A stretch of 64,000 nt of DNA from Longimicrobiales bacterium (GCA_965249725.1 CBDFMQ010000002.1:2336001-2400000); one strand, 5' to 3'; positions 25,407 through 36,582 are shown, counted from the first letter of the stretch. Notes: generated by a model not told the origin, from the letters alone. Program-made: numbers and translations.

Positions 25407-28292
25407 TTAGCCGGGCTCCGACCCTGCGCCGTTCATGAGCGGCCGGAGATAGTGCCCCGTGTACGAATCCGGCTCCTCGGCGACCCGCTCCGGTGGGCCC
25501 TCCACAACGATACGGCCCCCGCCCCCGCCGCCTTCAGGTCCCAGGTCGATGATCCAGTCCGCAGTCTTGATGACCTCGAGATTGTGCTCGATGACGACCA
25601 CGGTGTTTCCCCGCTCCACGAGTTGATGAAGCACGTCGAGCAGCACCCGAACATCCTCGAAGTGGAGCCCGGTCGTGGGCTCGTCCAGAATGTACAGCGT
25701 GCTCCCCGTGGCTCTCTTCGAGAGTTCGGTGGCGAGTTTGACTCTTTGGGCCTCTCCGCCCGACAGAGTCGTGGCGGACTGGCCGAGGTGGATGTAGCCG
25801 AGGCCCACGTCGTCGAGAGTTCGCAACTTCTCCCTCAAGCGAGGGACCGCCTGGAAGAAGTCGAGCGCCTCGGTCACCATCATGTCCAGGACGTCCGCGA
25901 TGTTCTTGCCCTTGTAGTAGACGTCCAGCGTCTCGCGATTGTAACGCCGGCCCCGGCACACGTCGCACGGCACGTAGACGTCCGGCAAGAAGTGCATCTC
26001 GATCTTCACGAGCCCATCACCCGAGCAAGCCTCGCAGCGCCCCCCCTTCACATTGAAGGAGAAACGGCCGGGAGCGTAGCCCCTGATCTGAGACTCGGGC
26101 AGGTTGGAGAAGAGCTCCCGCATCGGCGTGAACAGCCCCGTGTAGGTAGCCGGATTCGACCGGGGCGTACGGCCGATCGGCGACTGATCCACCTCGATCA
26201 CCTTGTCGATGCTCTCCAGGCCGTCGAGCCCGTCGTGCCCACCGGGCACGACCTTGCTCCGGTAGAGATGCCTCGCCAGAACCCGGTACAGGGTCTGGTT
26301 GATCAGGGTCGACTTGCCCGATCCGCTCACCCCGGTCACTGCTACGAAACACCCCAGTGGGATGCTCACGTCCAGATCCTGCAGATTGTGCTCACGGGCT
26401 CCCCTCAGACGGAGTACCCGGTCCTGATCCACCTCTCGGCGCGTCTCGGGGACCGGAATCTGACGTTCGCGCGACAGGTAGGCCCCCGTGAGGGACCCCT
26501 TCACCTTCAGCACGTCCTTCAACGATCCCTCGGCAACCACGTACCCGCCGGCTCTCCCGGCTCCCGGTCCAAGGTCGACGATGTAGTCGGCCGCGCGGAT
26601 GGTCTCCTCGTCGTGCTCTACGACGATCACCGTGTTCCCCAGATCGCGCAGCGCCTGGAGCGTGCCCAAGAGGCGCTGGTTGTCTCTCTGGTGGAGACCC
26701 ACGGAGGGCTCGTCGAGTATGTAAAGCACTCCCACCAGGCGGCTCCCAATCTGCGTGGCCAGACGAATACGTTGCGACTCCCCGCCGGAAAGGGAGTCGG
26801 CGGAGCGCCCCAACGTCAGGTAGGTCAGGCCCACGTTGACGAGAAAGCCCAGCCGCTCGGTGACTTCTTTCAGAATGGGCCCGGCGATGTCTCCGTTGAG
26901 AACGTGCTGATCCGGACCGCTGCCCACCGGCTCGTCGACCGGCAATCCCTCGAAAAACTCCAAGGCCTCGGAGATCGACAGGCCGACGATGTCGCGCAGC
27001 GACTTTCCCGCCACGGTGACGGCACGCGACTCGACCCGCAGCCTGCTCCCGGCACACGCGGTGCAGGGCAGCGTCGACATGTACTCGTCGAGCTGTCCCC
27101 TGACGGCCTCGGAGCGAGTCTCCTTGAAGCGCTTCTCGACGTTGGCCACCACCCCGGTCCATGCGTCCTCGTAGTAGCCCTTCGACTTTCCGGTGCCGGT
27201 CTGGTAGGGGAAGCGGATCTTCATGCGGCCCGAACCGTGCAGGATCGCTTCACGAGCCTCTTCGGGCAGATCGTGCCATGCCGTCTTGGGATCGAACTCA
27301 TAGGCCTCGGAGAGCCCCGCGATCACCGATTTGCGGAGATGGCCCGAGGGTTCACCCCACGGAAGCACCACACCCTCGAGAAGAGAGAGGCTCCCGTCCG
27401 CCAAAAGCAGGTCGGGGTTCACGTCCTTGCAGGTCCCGAGCCCTCCGCATGCCTCACAAGCCCCGTAGGGTGAGTTGAAGGAGAACTGCCGCGGCTCCAT
27501 CTCGGGCAGGCTCGTGTGGCAATGGGCACAGGAGTAGTGCTCGCTGAAGAGATGTGGGACCCTCTTGCGGCCCTTCCGCTCTACGACTTCCAATATCCCG
27601 TCTGCTGCCCGCAGAGCTGTTTCTACGGAGTCCGAGAGTCGATCCCGGTCCTCTTCCTTGATGACCAGACGGTCTACGACGATCGCGATGTCATGGTTCT
27701 CGTAGCGACTCAGCCTGGGCGGCTCCCCCAGATCGATGGTCTGGCCGTCGACCACGGCTCGAACGAACCCTTCCTTGCGAGCCTTCTCGAACAGCTCGCG
27801 GAACTCGCCCTTTCGCCCGCGCACCAGCGGGGCCAGAACCTCGATCTTCGTCCCCTCCCCCAAGGTCAGCAGTCGCTGAACGATCTGGGATGCGGACTGG
27901 CGAATCACCGGCCGACCGCACTCGGGACAGTGTGGCACGCCCACGCGGGCCCAAAGAAGCCTCAGGTAGTCGTAGACCTCCGTGACGGTCCCTACGGTCG
28001 ATCGGGGATTCCGGCTTACCGTCTTCTGCTCGATCGAGATGGCCGGGGAGAGGCCCTCGATGGCGTCCACGTCCGGCTTCTCCATAAGGCCCAGGAACTG
28101 TCGGGCGTAGGCAGAAAGCGACTCCACATAGCGTCGCTGGCCCTCCGCGTAGATGGTGTCGAACGCTAAGGAGGACTTACCCGACCCGGAGAGCCCGGTG
28201 ATGACCACGAGTCCCCCGCGCGGGAGCTCCACTGAGATGTTTCGGAGGTTGTGCTCGCGGGCACCGCGGACGATCAGAGATTCTCGAGCCAT
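25407..28292 (-). CDS. uvrA: Excinuclease ABC subunit A
   Basis: GAREHNL, GLSGSGKS, EGQRRYVESLS, zinc fingers, two LSGGE motifs, GVSGSGKS. Confidence 0.98.
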   Translation of the reverse strand: MARESLIVRGAREHNLRNISVELPRGGLVVITGLSGSGKSSLAFDTIYAEGQRRYVESLSAYARQFLGLMEKPDVDAIEGLSPAISIEQKTVSRNPRSTVGTVTEVYDYLRLLWARVGVPHCPECGRPVIRQSASQIVQRLLTLGEGTKIEVLAPLVRGRKGEFRELFEKARKEGFVRAVVDGQTIDLGEPPRLSRYENHDIAIVVDRLVIKEEDRDRLSDSVETALRAADGILEVVERKGRKRVPHLFSEHYSCAHCHTSLPEMEPRQFSFNSPYGACEACGGLGTCKDVNPDLLLADGSLSLLEGVVLPWGEPSGHLRKSVIAGLSEAYEFDPKTAWHDLPEEAREAILHGSGRMKIRFPYQTGTGKSKGYYEDAWTGVVANVEKRFKETRSEAVRGQLDEYMSTLPCTACAGSRLRVESRAVTVAGKSLRDIVGLSISEALEFFEGLPVDEPVGSGPDQHVLNGDIAGPILKEVTERLGFLVNVGLTYLTLGRSADSLSGGESQRIRLATQIGSRLVGVLYILDEPSVGLHQRDNQRLLGTLQALRDLGNTVIVVEHDEETIRAADYIVDLGPGAGRAGGYVVAEGSLKDVLKVKGSLTGAYLSRERQIPVPETRREVDQDRVLRLRGAREHNLQDLDVSIPLGCFVAVTGVSGSGKSTLINQTLYRVLARHLYRSKVVPGGHDGLDGLESIDKVIEVDQSPIGRTPRSNPATYTGLFTPMRELFSNLPESQIRGYAPGRFSFNVKGGRCEACSGDGLVKIEMHFLPDVYVPCDVCRGRRYNRETLDVYYKGKNIADVLDMMVTEALDFFQAVPRLREKLRTLDDVGLGYIHLGQSATTLSGGEAQRVKLATELSKRATGSTLYILDEPTTGLHFEDVRVLLDVLHQLVERGNTVVVIEHNLEVIKTADWIIDLGPEGGGGGGRIVVEGPPERVAEEPDSYTGHYLRPLMNGAGSEPG

Positions 28293-28346
28293 AGCCTTGA
28301 AGGATACCAAAGACGCGGCTTCGGCTCAAAGGGGGGGTACTCAGCG

Positions 28347-28733
28347 CTACTCGCGATCCGAAAAATGAGCGAAGGTGACGGCGTTGCCGCCGGGCTCGCG
28401 CACGCTGATCTCGTCGGCGCCGTAAAACGTCGTGCGCCTCGGAACGATCACCTCGGCACCCTCTACCGCGGCGGCCACAGCCTCCAGATCACCCACCTGG
28501 ATGAAGAGGAAGGCCCCACCCATGGGAGTATCGGCCAAGGCGGGCACATCGTTCTCGACGCTGGTCCGGGTCTGGTACATGACCTCGACCGCCTCCTTCC
28601 GGAGTATCACGAATCCCAGTCGATCACCCTCGGGGACCTCGGCCATCACCTCGAATCCGAGGCGTGTCCAAAAGTCCAGCGCAGGCTCGATCTCCTCCAC
28701 ATACAACACCGGGGTCACACTCTTCATCTGCAT
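28347..28733 (-). CDS. VOC/glyoxalase family protein
   Basis: VTPVLYVE...ALDFWTRLGF...TFYGADE...EPGGN; GGAGG RBS. Confidence 0.85.
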   Translation of the reverse strand: MQMKSVTPVLYVEEIEPALDFWTRLGFEVMAEVPEGDRLGFVILRKEAVEVMYQTRTSVENDVPALADTPMGGAFLFIQVGDLEAVAAAVEGAEVIVPRRTTFYGADEISVREPGGNAVTFAHFSDRE

Positions 28734-28816
28734 CGACGTTCCTCCTGTTCTATGCCGCAGTTCAGTTCTGTGGAATGGGAAGCTAACGCGCGGGTGGAAG
28801 ACGGCGCTCGAACGGC

Positions 28817-31800
28817 CTAGTACGCCCACTCCCGGAAAATGAACAGTCCGAGACCCTTCTCGTTCTGAATCCCCAACTCCCCGAATCCAACGACGCGGCC
28901 CCGGAAGAAGCGATCCTCGAAGAATGACTCGACCGTAAAGGCGTTCGAGGCCACCCACTCGAAACGGATGCCAGCGAATTGGCTCCCGGTGCCCTGACTG
29001 GAGAGCGGCCTGAGAAGCAGCGTCACGAAGAAGTCCTCGGCGAGGTAGAAGCCCGTCTCCACGACGGTGGTGCCCAATGTGCCGCGCAGGCTCGCGTCTC
29101 CGAGGGCCCCCAGGTCCTGTTGCGTGATCGTCAGGTAGTCCACGCCCAGTTCCTGGGCCACGGCCGATCCGAGTCGATTGCTGAACGTGCTGAGACCGAG
29201 CGTCACGCCCGAGCCCAGCAGGGCGCCGGCGGCCCCCAGCGCCTGAGTCTGCCCGGACGTCAACGCATATGTGGGCCGCCCGAAGTAGAGATAGCTGAGC
29301 AGGTCGTCTTCGGTGACACCCGCCTGATCACTCGTGAGCCCGATCCTGGGTGAGACCAGAGTACCCGTCACGGCCGCGGTGATGGTAAAGCGATCTCCTT
29401 GGGCTGAGCGGACGCGATTGCTCGCCTGGATATTCAGATCGGGGTTGATTCCCGGCGTTCCAAGGAACCGCATGGTACCGCCGTCCACCTGGAACTGACG
29501 GCCGAAGGCCCCGTACGATCCACGTACGGCCTCCAGCGTCCCCACCATGGCCAGGTCCTGCGTGAGCCGGTCATAGAGCACCTGGAGCTCACCGTCGAGC
29601 TCGACGTCCATGCGGTCGCTACGGATCCAGCTGTTCCGCTGCACCGTCAGGGTCATGTTCTCCATGCGGATGTTCCGCAGGAACGGGTTCTGCCCGGCCA
29701 ACAGCGGACGGAGGTCGACAACCGTGGTGTCCACAACCTCGTAGAAAGCGGGGTCGGAGAGGTCCACGATCTCGGCGGCGCGCTGGAATTCCTCTACGAA
29801 GAGCGTGCCCTCGTCCACCAGGAGATTCCCGGAAACCACGGGGCGTCGATAAGAACCCTCGACGCGGAAATCACCACTCAACCGGCCGGTGACATCCTGC
29901 CGATCCATGCCCTGGAAGGCATCGAGGCTCACCGCCAAGTCGAATCCCGGGTCGGACGCGGGAGCCAGGGTCACAGTCCCCAGCACGTTCGCCGTCCCCA
30001 GAGCGCTGACGCTACCATCGACCTCCACTCGACCGTCGGGGAACCAGTCCAGCGTACCGTTCATGTCTCGGTGACGGACCCCGAGTCCGCGAAGGAACGC
30101 ACCGCCGCCAGAGATGACGAGTTGCCCGCTGGGGGCCAGGCTCTCCGTTGTGCCTCCGAGTTCCACTCGCCCGGAAAGTGTTCCCTCGACCTCCTGGTAG
30201 CTCTCGAACGGGGCCATCAGCAGGGAGAGGGGTAGTTCCTGAGACCCGACCACGAGATCGATCGGCTCGTCGGGGATCCGGTCGGGCACCGTATGGAAGG
30301 CCAGATCCAGGGGAAGCTCGCCGCTCACCGTCAGGACCTGGATCGAGTCCTTCCAGAGCTCGATCCCACCCACGGCGGCGCGGTCCTCATAGTCCCAGGC
30401 CCCAACCAGTCGCTCGAAGTCATAGTCCCGGAAACGGAAGTCCGCGGCTGAGAGCGTTCCCGCCATGATCGGCTCTTGGTCACTACCGGCGACCTCGAGC
30501 TCCACGTTCACCATACCTTCAAGGCGCTCGTTCATCTGGAGCACGTGGGCGATACGGCCGACATCGAGACCCTGAACGCTGAGATCGAAGTCCGCCTCAC
30601 CCCGGAACGGCAGGCGGCCCTGGGCCCGAAGGCGCATCCCGCCGACCCCTGGGCGGATCAACCGCAGGTCCCGGAAGGTGAGCCCGTCCGGATCCCACGC
30701 GATGGTAGCGGGCCCCCCGAGATTCCAGCGCTCGTCGGGAAAGCGCAGCACCAGTTCGTCGAGGTGGAGGGTCCGCACAGCGTCTTCTTGCTCGAACGCC
30801 ACCCGGGCTTGGTAGCTCTCCTCTTCCGAATGAACTACGAAGAGGTTCATCCGACCTCGAGGCTCCTGGTACTCCAAGCGGACGGAGACGGAGTCGAAGA
30901 CCCGATCGAAGACACGAATCTCGTCCGCGTCGATATCCGCCTCGAAGGCTCGCTCGGGCGATAGCAAGCCACTGGCCGAGAAGGACACCGCGGCATCTCC
31001 CAATCGGCTGTCGCCGTAGCGTCCGTCCTCCAGTCGAGCCTGTCCTCTGACGTCGAGGTCCTCCAGGGAGCCTCCGATCGTCAGGCCCCCATCCATACGC
31101 CCCGACACGAATACCTGGGCCAGCGTCGGCAAGGTGTCGGGATCGATGTCCTCAAGCGCCAAGATGCTGAGCTCGAGTGCGGAGAGCGTGTCGCGGGCGA
31201 TGACGTCGGGGCCCAAGACGAGCGGACGGAGTCCCTCCAGATTCTCCGTTTCGAACTGGATCTGGAGCTCTTCGGTGGATCCGCTGCCAGCCATCGCGAG
31301 GCGGCCCGCTCCCTGCACCTCCACGCCGCCGATGACGCTCTGGAGGGTGTCCACCGTGAGTATCCCCTCAGAGATCCGGAGTCGGACCGCGGCCGTGTCC
31401 ACATCCAGATGGGCGAAGCGAGACGCCCTCAGCTGCACGTCACCCGACAGTTCCGCTGTCCGCAGAGAGCCGCCCTCCCCCCTTAGGTCCAGGGAACCCG
31501 AGAAGACGGTGCCCTCCGGGAGTGCGGGAAGGACCTCGGGTAGATCGAAGTCACGGGACTCGCCAAGGAGACGATACGAGGTCAGCGGCGACCGAACGTC
31601 GAAGCGACTCTCCAAAGTGAGCGCGCCACCGCCCGTGGTCAGATCCGTCTTCAACGCCATGGCCGACAGGGGCCCTTCGGCCTCGACGGTCCCGCGAGCG
31701 ACCCCCAGTCGGGACAGGGGCGACTCCTCGCCAAAGAGACCCGCGATGGATAGCGGCTCGAGATCACCTTCGAGGGACACGAACACGTCGCCTTCCACGT

Positions 31801-33304
31801 CGGTCAGGCTACCCTCAACCGTGATGTGGGACTCCTCCGACTGGGGGTCCGGATAGGTCGCGTCCAGGGCCACCTGGACGCCTTGATCCATGCGCCCGTC
31901 CGCTCTGATGTCGAGGCGCATCGCGCCGTCCAATTGAAGGCCTTCCGCGAACCGGTTGGCCAGACCCAGATCGATCGGCGTGAACCGCGCATGCAGGTCA
32001 GTGGCGCCCAGAGGCGGACGAAGGTGCAGCACACCCTCGATCTCGCCGCCCGACGGTCCCATGCCCGGCTCCATGAGGGCCACCCTTCCGGTCACCGACA
32101 ACGCGTCCATGGTACCGGACAGACCTACATACCCATGGACCCTACCGTCCAACGCCGGAGTGGAAGGCAGGTATCCGGCCAGAAACGCGACCGGAATCCC
32201 CGACACGTCGATCGAGACATCCTGTAGCGACGCTTCCCCATCACTGGGCTTGCGGAAGACACCGTCACCCGCCACTTCGCCGCCCTCCAGCCCCAAGCGC
32301 GCCGCCGACCAGCGGACCTCGAGCCCTTCGGGCCCCAGATTGACCCCGACTCCCGCGCTGCCCCGTGCATCGGGGAGTGTGGGTTGCAGCCATTGGAGGT
32401 CGGCCAGGTCGAGCTGTGGAGCGACGAAGTCCAAGCTCAGCTCGGGTACCGATCCCTCGATCAGGTCGACGGTGGCGAGCCCGCTGGCCTCCGTGCCGGG
32501 CAGCGCGAGGCGATCAGCCGTCACCTGGATGCGATCATCGAGCCACTCGACCCGCCCCCCGAACTCCCTTATCCGGACCGGGTCGGAGAACACATGGCCT
32601 TCCATGGCGAATCGGTCGACTTCCGCACGCAGGCCCTCGATCTCGGGATCGACGATCGAGAGTCGCTCGAGGTGGGCTTCAATCTCCTGGAAGGCGAGGC
32701 TCCTCACGGGTCCAACTCCGTCGGGCCCTTGTGCCGTGACGATGCGCGACTCGGGTCCCGGGGCCGAAGCAAGCGGGTAACGCACGTCGAGGCTGCCGTC
32801 GTGGATGGTCACGTCCTCGAGGACGAGCCGACCTCCACCGCTCGGCTGCTCCTCAGCGGCCACCTCGTCGGACGGGGGCGCCTGAGTCTCGTCCTGCCTG
32901 CCCGCAAGGAAGGCGGAAACGTTGAAGCGTTCGCCCCGTCCGGGACGCGTGATGCTGAAGGTGGGCCTCCACAGGGTCACGCCGGCCAGCAGTACGTCAC
33001 CCCGAAGGATGTTTCCGATCGAGTACTCCGCCTCGACCGAGTCGGCGACGAGGAGGGGACTCCCGTCGGGAGCGTTGACCTGGACGCCCACGAGCCTCGC
33101 ACCCCGGTGGAGGCCCGCAGAGCGGATTCCGGACACCAGGATCTCCCCGTTCACCACGCCCTCCACCCGCTGCAGTGCTGCCTCCAGAACGAGGGCCTGC
33201 CCCACAGAGGTCCGGGTCAGAATGAAGAAGCTCGATATGGCGCCGGCCCCCAAGGCGAGCAGCACGATCGCACCGAGCCTGAACGGCTTTCTCATGCGTC
33301 CCAT
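28817..33304 (-). CDS. tamB: Translocation and assembly module TamB-like protein
   Basis: N-terminal TM anchor, ~1500 aa of beta-rich repeats, C-terminal DUF490-like region (NPDLNIQA, GTLVSPRIGL, LLSYLYFG); follows a TamA-like gene. Confidence 0.85.
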   Translation of the reverse strand: MGRMRKPFRLGAIVLLALGAGAISSFFILTRTSVGQALVLEAALQRVEGVVNGEILVSGIRSAGLHRGARLVGVQVNAPDGSPLLVADSVEAEYSIGNILRGDVLLAGVTLWRPTFSITRPGRGERFNVSAFLAGRQDETQAPPSDEVAAEEQPSGGGRLVLEDVTIHDGSLDVRYPLASAPGPESRIVTAQGPDGVGPVRSLAFQEIEAHLERLSIVDPEIEGLRAEVDRFAMEGHVFSDPVRIREFGGRVEWLDDRIQVTADRLALPGTEASGLATVDLIEGSVPELSLDFVAPQLDLADLQWLQPTLPDARGSAGVGVNLGPEGLEVRWSAARLGLEGGEVAGDGVFRKPSDGEASLQDVSIDVSGIPVAFLAGYLPSTPALDGRVHGYVGLSGTMDALSVTGRVALMEPGMGPSGGEIEGVLHLRPPLGATDLHARFTPIDLGLANRFAEGLQLDGAMRLDIRADGRMDQGVQVALDATYPDPQSEESHITVEGSLTDVEGDVFVSLEGDLEPLSIAGLFGEESPLSRLGVARGTVEAEGPLSAMALKTDLTTGGGALTLESRFDVRSPLTSYRLLGESRDFDLPEVLPALPEGTVFSGSLDLRGEGGSLRTAELSGDVQLRASRFAHLDVDTAAVRLRISEGILTVDTLQSVIGGVEVQGAGRLAMAGSGSTEELQIQFETENLEGLRPLVLGPDVIARDTLSALELSILALEDIDPDTLPTLAQVFVSGRMDGGLTIGGSLEDLDVRGQARLEDGRYGDSRLGDAAVSFSASGLLSPERAFEADIDADEIRVFDRVFDSVSVRLEYQEPRGRMNLFVVHSEEESYQARVAFEQEDAVRTLHLDELVLRFPDERWNLGGPATIAWDPDGLTFRDLRLIRPGVGGMRLRAQGRLPFRGEADFDLSVQGLDVGRIAHVLQMNERLEGMVNVELEVAGSDQEPIMAGTLSAADFRFRDYDFERLVGAWDYEDRAAVGGIELWKDSIQVLTVSGELPLDLAFHTVPDRIPDEPIDLVVGSQELPLSLLMAPFESYQEVEGTLSGRVELGGTTESLAPSGQLVISGGGAFLRGLGVRHRDMNGTLDWFPDGRVEVDGSVSALGTANVLGTVTLAPASDPGFDLAVSLDAFQGMDRQDVTGRLSGDFRVEGSYRRPVVSGNLLVDEGTLFVEEFQRAAEIVDLSDPAFYEVVDTTVVDLRPLLAGQNPFLRNIRMENMTLTVQRNSWIRSDRMDVELDGELQVLYDRLTQDLAMVGTLEAVRGSYGAFGRQFQVDGGTMRFLGTPGINPDLNIQASNRVRSAQGDRFTITAAVTGTLVSPRIGLTSDQAGVTEDDLLSYLYFGRPTYALTSGQTQALGAAGALLGSGVTLGLSTFSNRLGSAVAQELGVDYLTITQQDLGALGDASLRGTLGTTVVETGFYLAEDFFVTLLLRPLSSQGTGSQFAGIRFEWVASNAFTVESFFEDRFFRGRVVGFGELGIQNEKGLGLFIFREWAY

Positions 33305-33305
33305 A

Positions 33306-35564
33306 TCAGAACGCCTGGCCGATGCTCAGATGGAGCTGAAGCCGGCTCAGCGAGAAGCCTTCATCCGGTCCGAACGCAACGGAGGGACCCAACACAGCCA
33401 GCTCGTCCAACAGGACGAAATCGAGGGTCTCGTCAGTGCCGTTCACGGAGCGCTTGATCCGGTCCGCCGGATCGTCGCGGCCGGGGTCGAACGGGCGAAT
33501 CTGAGAGGTAACCACCCTGAGGTCCTCGACGCCGCGGAAGCGGTAGCCCAGATCGACCCGGATGGGGCCGATGGGGCTCAGGTAGCGGATACCGACTCCA
33601 GGGGCCACCTCGAGGCCACTGGCCGCTGCGGACCCTTCCTCAGCCCAGACCCGTCCGAAATCGGCGAAGACGGCTCCCTCCGCCCGCGGGCCGAGGGGGA
33701 TCCTGTACTCGAGGCCCCCCTCCAACAGCACACGGCCTCCCGTGGGACGTGGGGTGCCGAAGCTCCGATCCTCCAGAGGATTGGCGTCACAGGTCAGGTC
33801 CATGACCTGCGACGGCACGCACGGTGGCCCTTGTGTGTCCGACACGTCGGATAGGAGGGGCGCCACGTCCGAGGTGAGCACCCTGGGACCCAGCTGGTTC
33901 TGGGAGAAACCCCGTACGCTGTTCGCACCACCAGAGTAGAAGCGCTTCTGGGGGTGGATGATATCGGTGCCTCCACCCAACAGGGCGAACGTACCGGCTC
34001 CGACCCATCCTCCCTGGACTCGAGCGGCGAGCACCTGGCCCGCACCCAGGCTCAGGTAGCGTGTCAGCCCCCCGAAGACCCTGTTGTATTGAAAGTCCGA
34101 CCCGGTGATGGCCGAGGCGTGCTCCGCATTGAAGCGCACCTGGTAGCCTTCCGTCGGGTTCAGGAGGCTGTTGGAACGGTCCCGCACGAGATTGACGGCC
34201 ACGGGCGCCAGCCAGTTCGGATCCTGGATGCCAGAGATGTCCTCGGGCGTGCAGACCAGGAAGGTGGTGCAGAAAAAGACCTCGGCCGCCTCGAGCTGCG
34301 TGAGCTGCGGCCGATAGGCAAAACTGAGCGACGTATACGGGCCCACGGTTCGCGAGAGGGACAGGTCGATACCGACGGCTTGGCGAACGAAGACGTCCTG
34401 CAGGCTCTGGCGCTCGTGGAACAGACTCACGCCGAGGGCGAAGCGCTGGTTGAAGATCCACGGTTGGCTGAAGTCGGCCGATACCAACCAGTTGACGCCA
34501 CCGAATTCGCCGACGCCCGATTGGTAGCAGATCCCGTCGTGAAGTCCCTCCGTCATGAGGTTGGACAGACGCCCACGCACCTGGAGACGCCGCGCACCCC
34601 CGAAAAAGTTGCGACTGGTCCACCGGCCTTCCGTATTCACGCAGTCCGATGTGCTCCACCCGGCCCCGCCCCGGACGCGATGCACACTGCCTTCCGTCAC
34701 GGTGACCTGGAGAGGCACGACCGTGTCGGGGAGCAACCCGGCGGGATCCACCGCCTCATCGAGCGACGCATGCTGGACCATCTCGATGGAGTAGAGATTC
34801 CGCTGCGCCTCTAGCCGGCGGGCGTGTGAGTACTCCTGCCCTTCGGCAAAGGGTAGCATGCGCCGAACCACGCCGTCGGACAGCTTGATGTTGCCCACGA
34901 GAGTGACCGGCCCGAACACTGCATGGGGGCCCGCGTCTACCTCGAAGGTCACACTGGCTTGGTATGGCGTGGCCGCAGGCACCAACGACGTGCGCATGAC
35001 ATCAGCCCTGGGATATCCGCGGTTTTGCAGCCGCTGGATCAAGCTGTCTCGGGTAGCATCGAGATCGATGGAGCTGAGAAGGTCGCCCTGGCCGATGGGA
35101 AGGTCCGTGGCGAGATCCAGCGCCTCCAGCCCGTCGAGCCCCAGGACCTCGAGCGTGGTGACCCGCACCGGGCGGCCCTCATCGATTTGGAAGAGAATCG
35201 ACGCACGGTCCGACTCCGGCCGGGTGATCACCGTGTCGACCTGAGCTTCCTTGAATCCCCTGCTGCCGTAATAGCTTCGAAGCCTGAGGATGTCGCCCGG
35301 AAGCTCGCGCAGGTTTAGGGGCTGATCGTCGATGCTGAAGCCCGCACCAAACATGCAAAAAGGGGCCAGCACGAACGACCGGCACCGGGTCTCCCGATTG
35401 AAGATCGCCCTGGAGAGGGAGTCCTCGGGAAATGCCACGTTTCCCCGGAAATCGATGCGGCTGAGTTCGACTTGAGGGGCTTGGGCGTGCAACTCACCGA
35501 GCCCCGCGACCGCCGGAAGGGGGCCCATCAGGGCCAACAGCGCGAGAAGGGTGACGGCGCGCAT
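33306..35564 (-). CDS. tamA: BamA/TamA family Omp85 protein
   Basis: Signal peptide, POTRA repeats, FYSGGANSVRGF, PIGPIRVDLGY, ends SIGQAF. Confidence 0.88.
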   Translation of the reverse strand: MRAVTLLALLALMGPLPAVAGLGELHAQAPQVELSRIDFRGNVAFPEDSLSRAIFNRETRCRSFVLAPFCMFGAGFSIDDQPLNLRELPGDILRLRSYYGSRGFKEAQVDTVITRPESDRASILFQIDEGRPVRVTTLEVLGLDGLEALDLATDLPIGQGDLLSSIDLDATRDSLIQRLQNRGYPRADVMRTSLVPAATPYQASVTFEVDAGPHAVFGPVTLVGNIKLSDGVVRRMLPFAEGQEYSHARRLEAQRNLYSIEMVQHASLDEAVDPAGLLPDTVVPLQVTVTEGSVHRVRGGAGWSTSDCVNTEGRWTSRNFFGGARRLQVRGRLSNLMTEGLHDGICYQSGVGEFGGVNWLVSADFSQPWIFNQRFALGVSLFHERQSLQDVFVRQAVGIDLSLSRTVGPYTSLSFAYRPQLTQLEAAEVFFCTTFLVCTPEDISGIQDPNWLAPVAVNLVRDRSNSLLNPTEGYQVRFNAEHASAITGSDFQYNRVFGGLTRYLSLGAGQVLAARVQGGWVGAGTFALLGGGTDIIHPQKRFYSGGANSVRGFSQNQLGPRVLTSDVAPLLSDVSDTQGPPCVPSQVMDLTCDANPLEDRSFGTPRPTGGRVLLEGGLEYRIPLGPRAEGAVFADFGRVWAEEGSAAASGLEVAPGVGIRYLSPIGPIRVDLGYRFRGVEDLRVVTSQIRPFDPGRDDPADRIKRSVNGTDETLDFVLLDELAVLGPSVAFGPDEGFSLSRLQLHLSIGQAF

Positions 35565-35572
35565 ATCTGGGG

Positions 35573-35770
35573 CTAGCCGGCCGAGCCCGCCGCTGGAGCC
35601 TCGTCACTTCCGGACCCGGCCAGCCGCTTGGGGGCCTCCCGTTCGAACGTGTCGCGTGCCAAGAAGAAGCGCACCAAGAGGAACAGCGCGCCGCCCACCC
35701 CCAAGGCCACCGCGAGAGCCGTAAGGCTCTCACTCGGCTCGGGATCGCGACGTAGGTAGAACTTGCTCAT
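35573..35770 (-). CDS. Small single-TM hypothetical protein
   Basis: 65 aa with one hydrophobic helix; start overlaps the upstream stop (ATGA); fills the operon gap. Confidence 0.65.
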   Translation of the reverse strand: MSKFYLRRDPEPSESLTALAVALGVGGALFLLVRFFLARDTFEREAPKRLAGSGSDEAPAAGSAG

Positions 35771-36558
35771 ACACTCCTCGCGATGGATATGGCGTCGCGG
35801 GCCACGAATCGATCTTGGTCTTTCTCGAACCAGTGAGGGGTCACCACGATCTCGTCAGCGCCGATCTCGAGCACATTCAGGCTGTTTCTCCCCTTTTCGG
35901 CCATGCGGCCCCGGTTCGACATCGCCGTGCCGCTGTGTATGTGTGCGATCGCCCCGCCACACGATTGTACCACGTAGCCACGATGAAGGTGTCCGCTCAG
36001 GATCAACTCGACCCCCATCTCCCGGAAACGCTCGAGCAGATCAGCACTTCCGGGAAGAATGTGGTCCGACCCACCATCCGGCGGACGAGCCAGCGGATGG
36101 TGAGTAACCAAGATCCGAACGTCCTCCGGTGGGCACTCCTGGAAGATACGTGCCGCAAAGGCGAGTTGCCTCTCCCTGAGCCGACCATTCACGATGGCCC
36201 GGTGAGGTTCGGCGGAGCACACGGAGACGAATACTGCCCCGTCGATCCGCGTCGAACTGTCCAGATCAGCGGTGATGTACGTCCGATAGTTACGCAACGG
36301 GCTGAAGAGCCGTTCGAGCACCCTATAGAGCGGGATGTCGTGGTTCCCCGGTGTCACGATGACGGGAACGTCGGGTAGGGCGTCGATGTACTCGCGCGCC
36401 TGTCGGTACTCACGGACCTTAGCCCGTTGTGTTAAGTCGCCTGCCAAAACGATGACATCCGGCTCGGCACCGCGAACGAGGTCGCGGAATGCGGCCGCTA
36501 CCCGCGGAAGGTGCGGCTTCCCGAAGTGGACGTCCGAGCCCTGAACGATCGTCAGCAT
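35767..36558 (-). CDS. Calcineurin-like metallophosphoesterase
   Basis: SDVHFG, GDLT, PGNHD, THHP, GHLH. Confidence 0.9.
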   Translation of the reverse strand: MLTIVQGSDVHFGKPHLPRVAAAFRDLVRGAEPDVIVLAGDLTQRAKVREYRQAREYIDALPDVPVIVTPGNHDIPLYRVLERLFSPLRNYRTYITADLDSSTRIDGAVFVSVCSAEPHRAIVNGRLRERQLAFAARIFQECPPEDVRILVTHHPLARPPDGGSDHILPGSADLLERFREMGVELILSGHLHRGYVVQSCGGAIAHIHSGTAMSNRGRMAEKGRNSLNVLEIGADEIVVTPHWFEKDQDRFVARDAISIARSV

Positions 36559-36582
36559 CCCGATCTCAGCTCGGCGGGCCGG

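Noticed and set aside
25404..27473. 689-aa plus-strand ORF and other long antisense ORFs (454-1287, 9365-10732, 44300-45475, etc.)
   Set aside because: Shadow frames opposite recognised genes in GC-rich DNA; no motifs.
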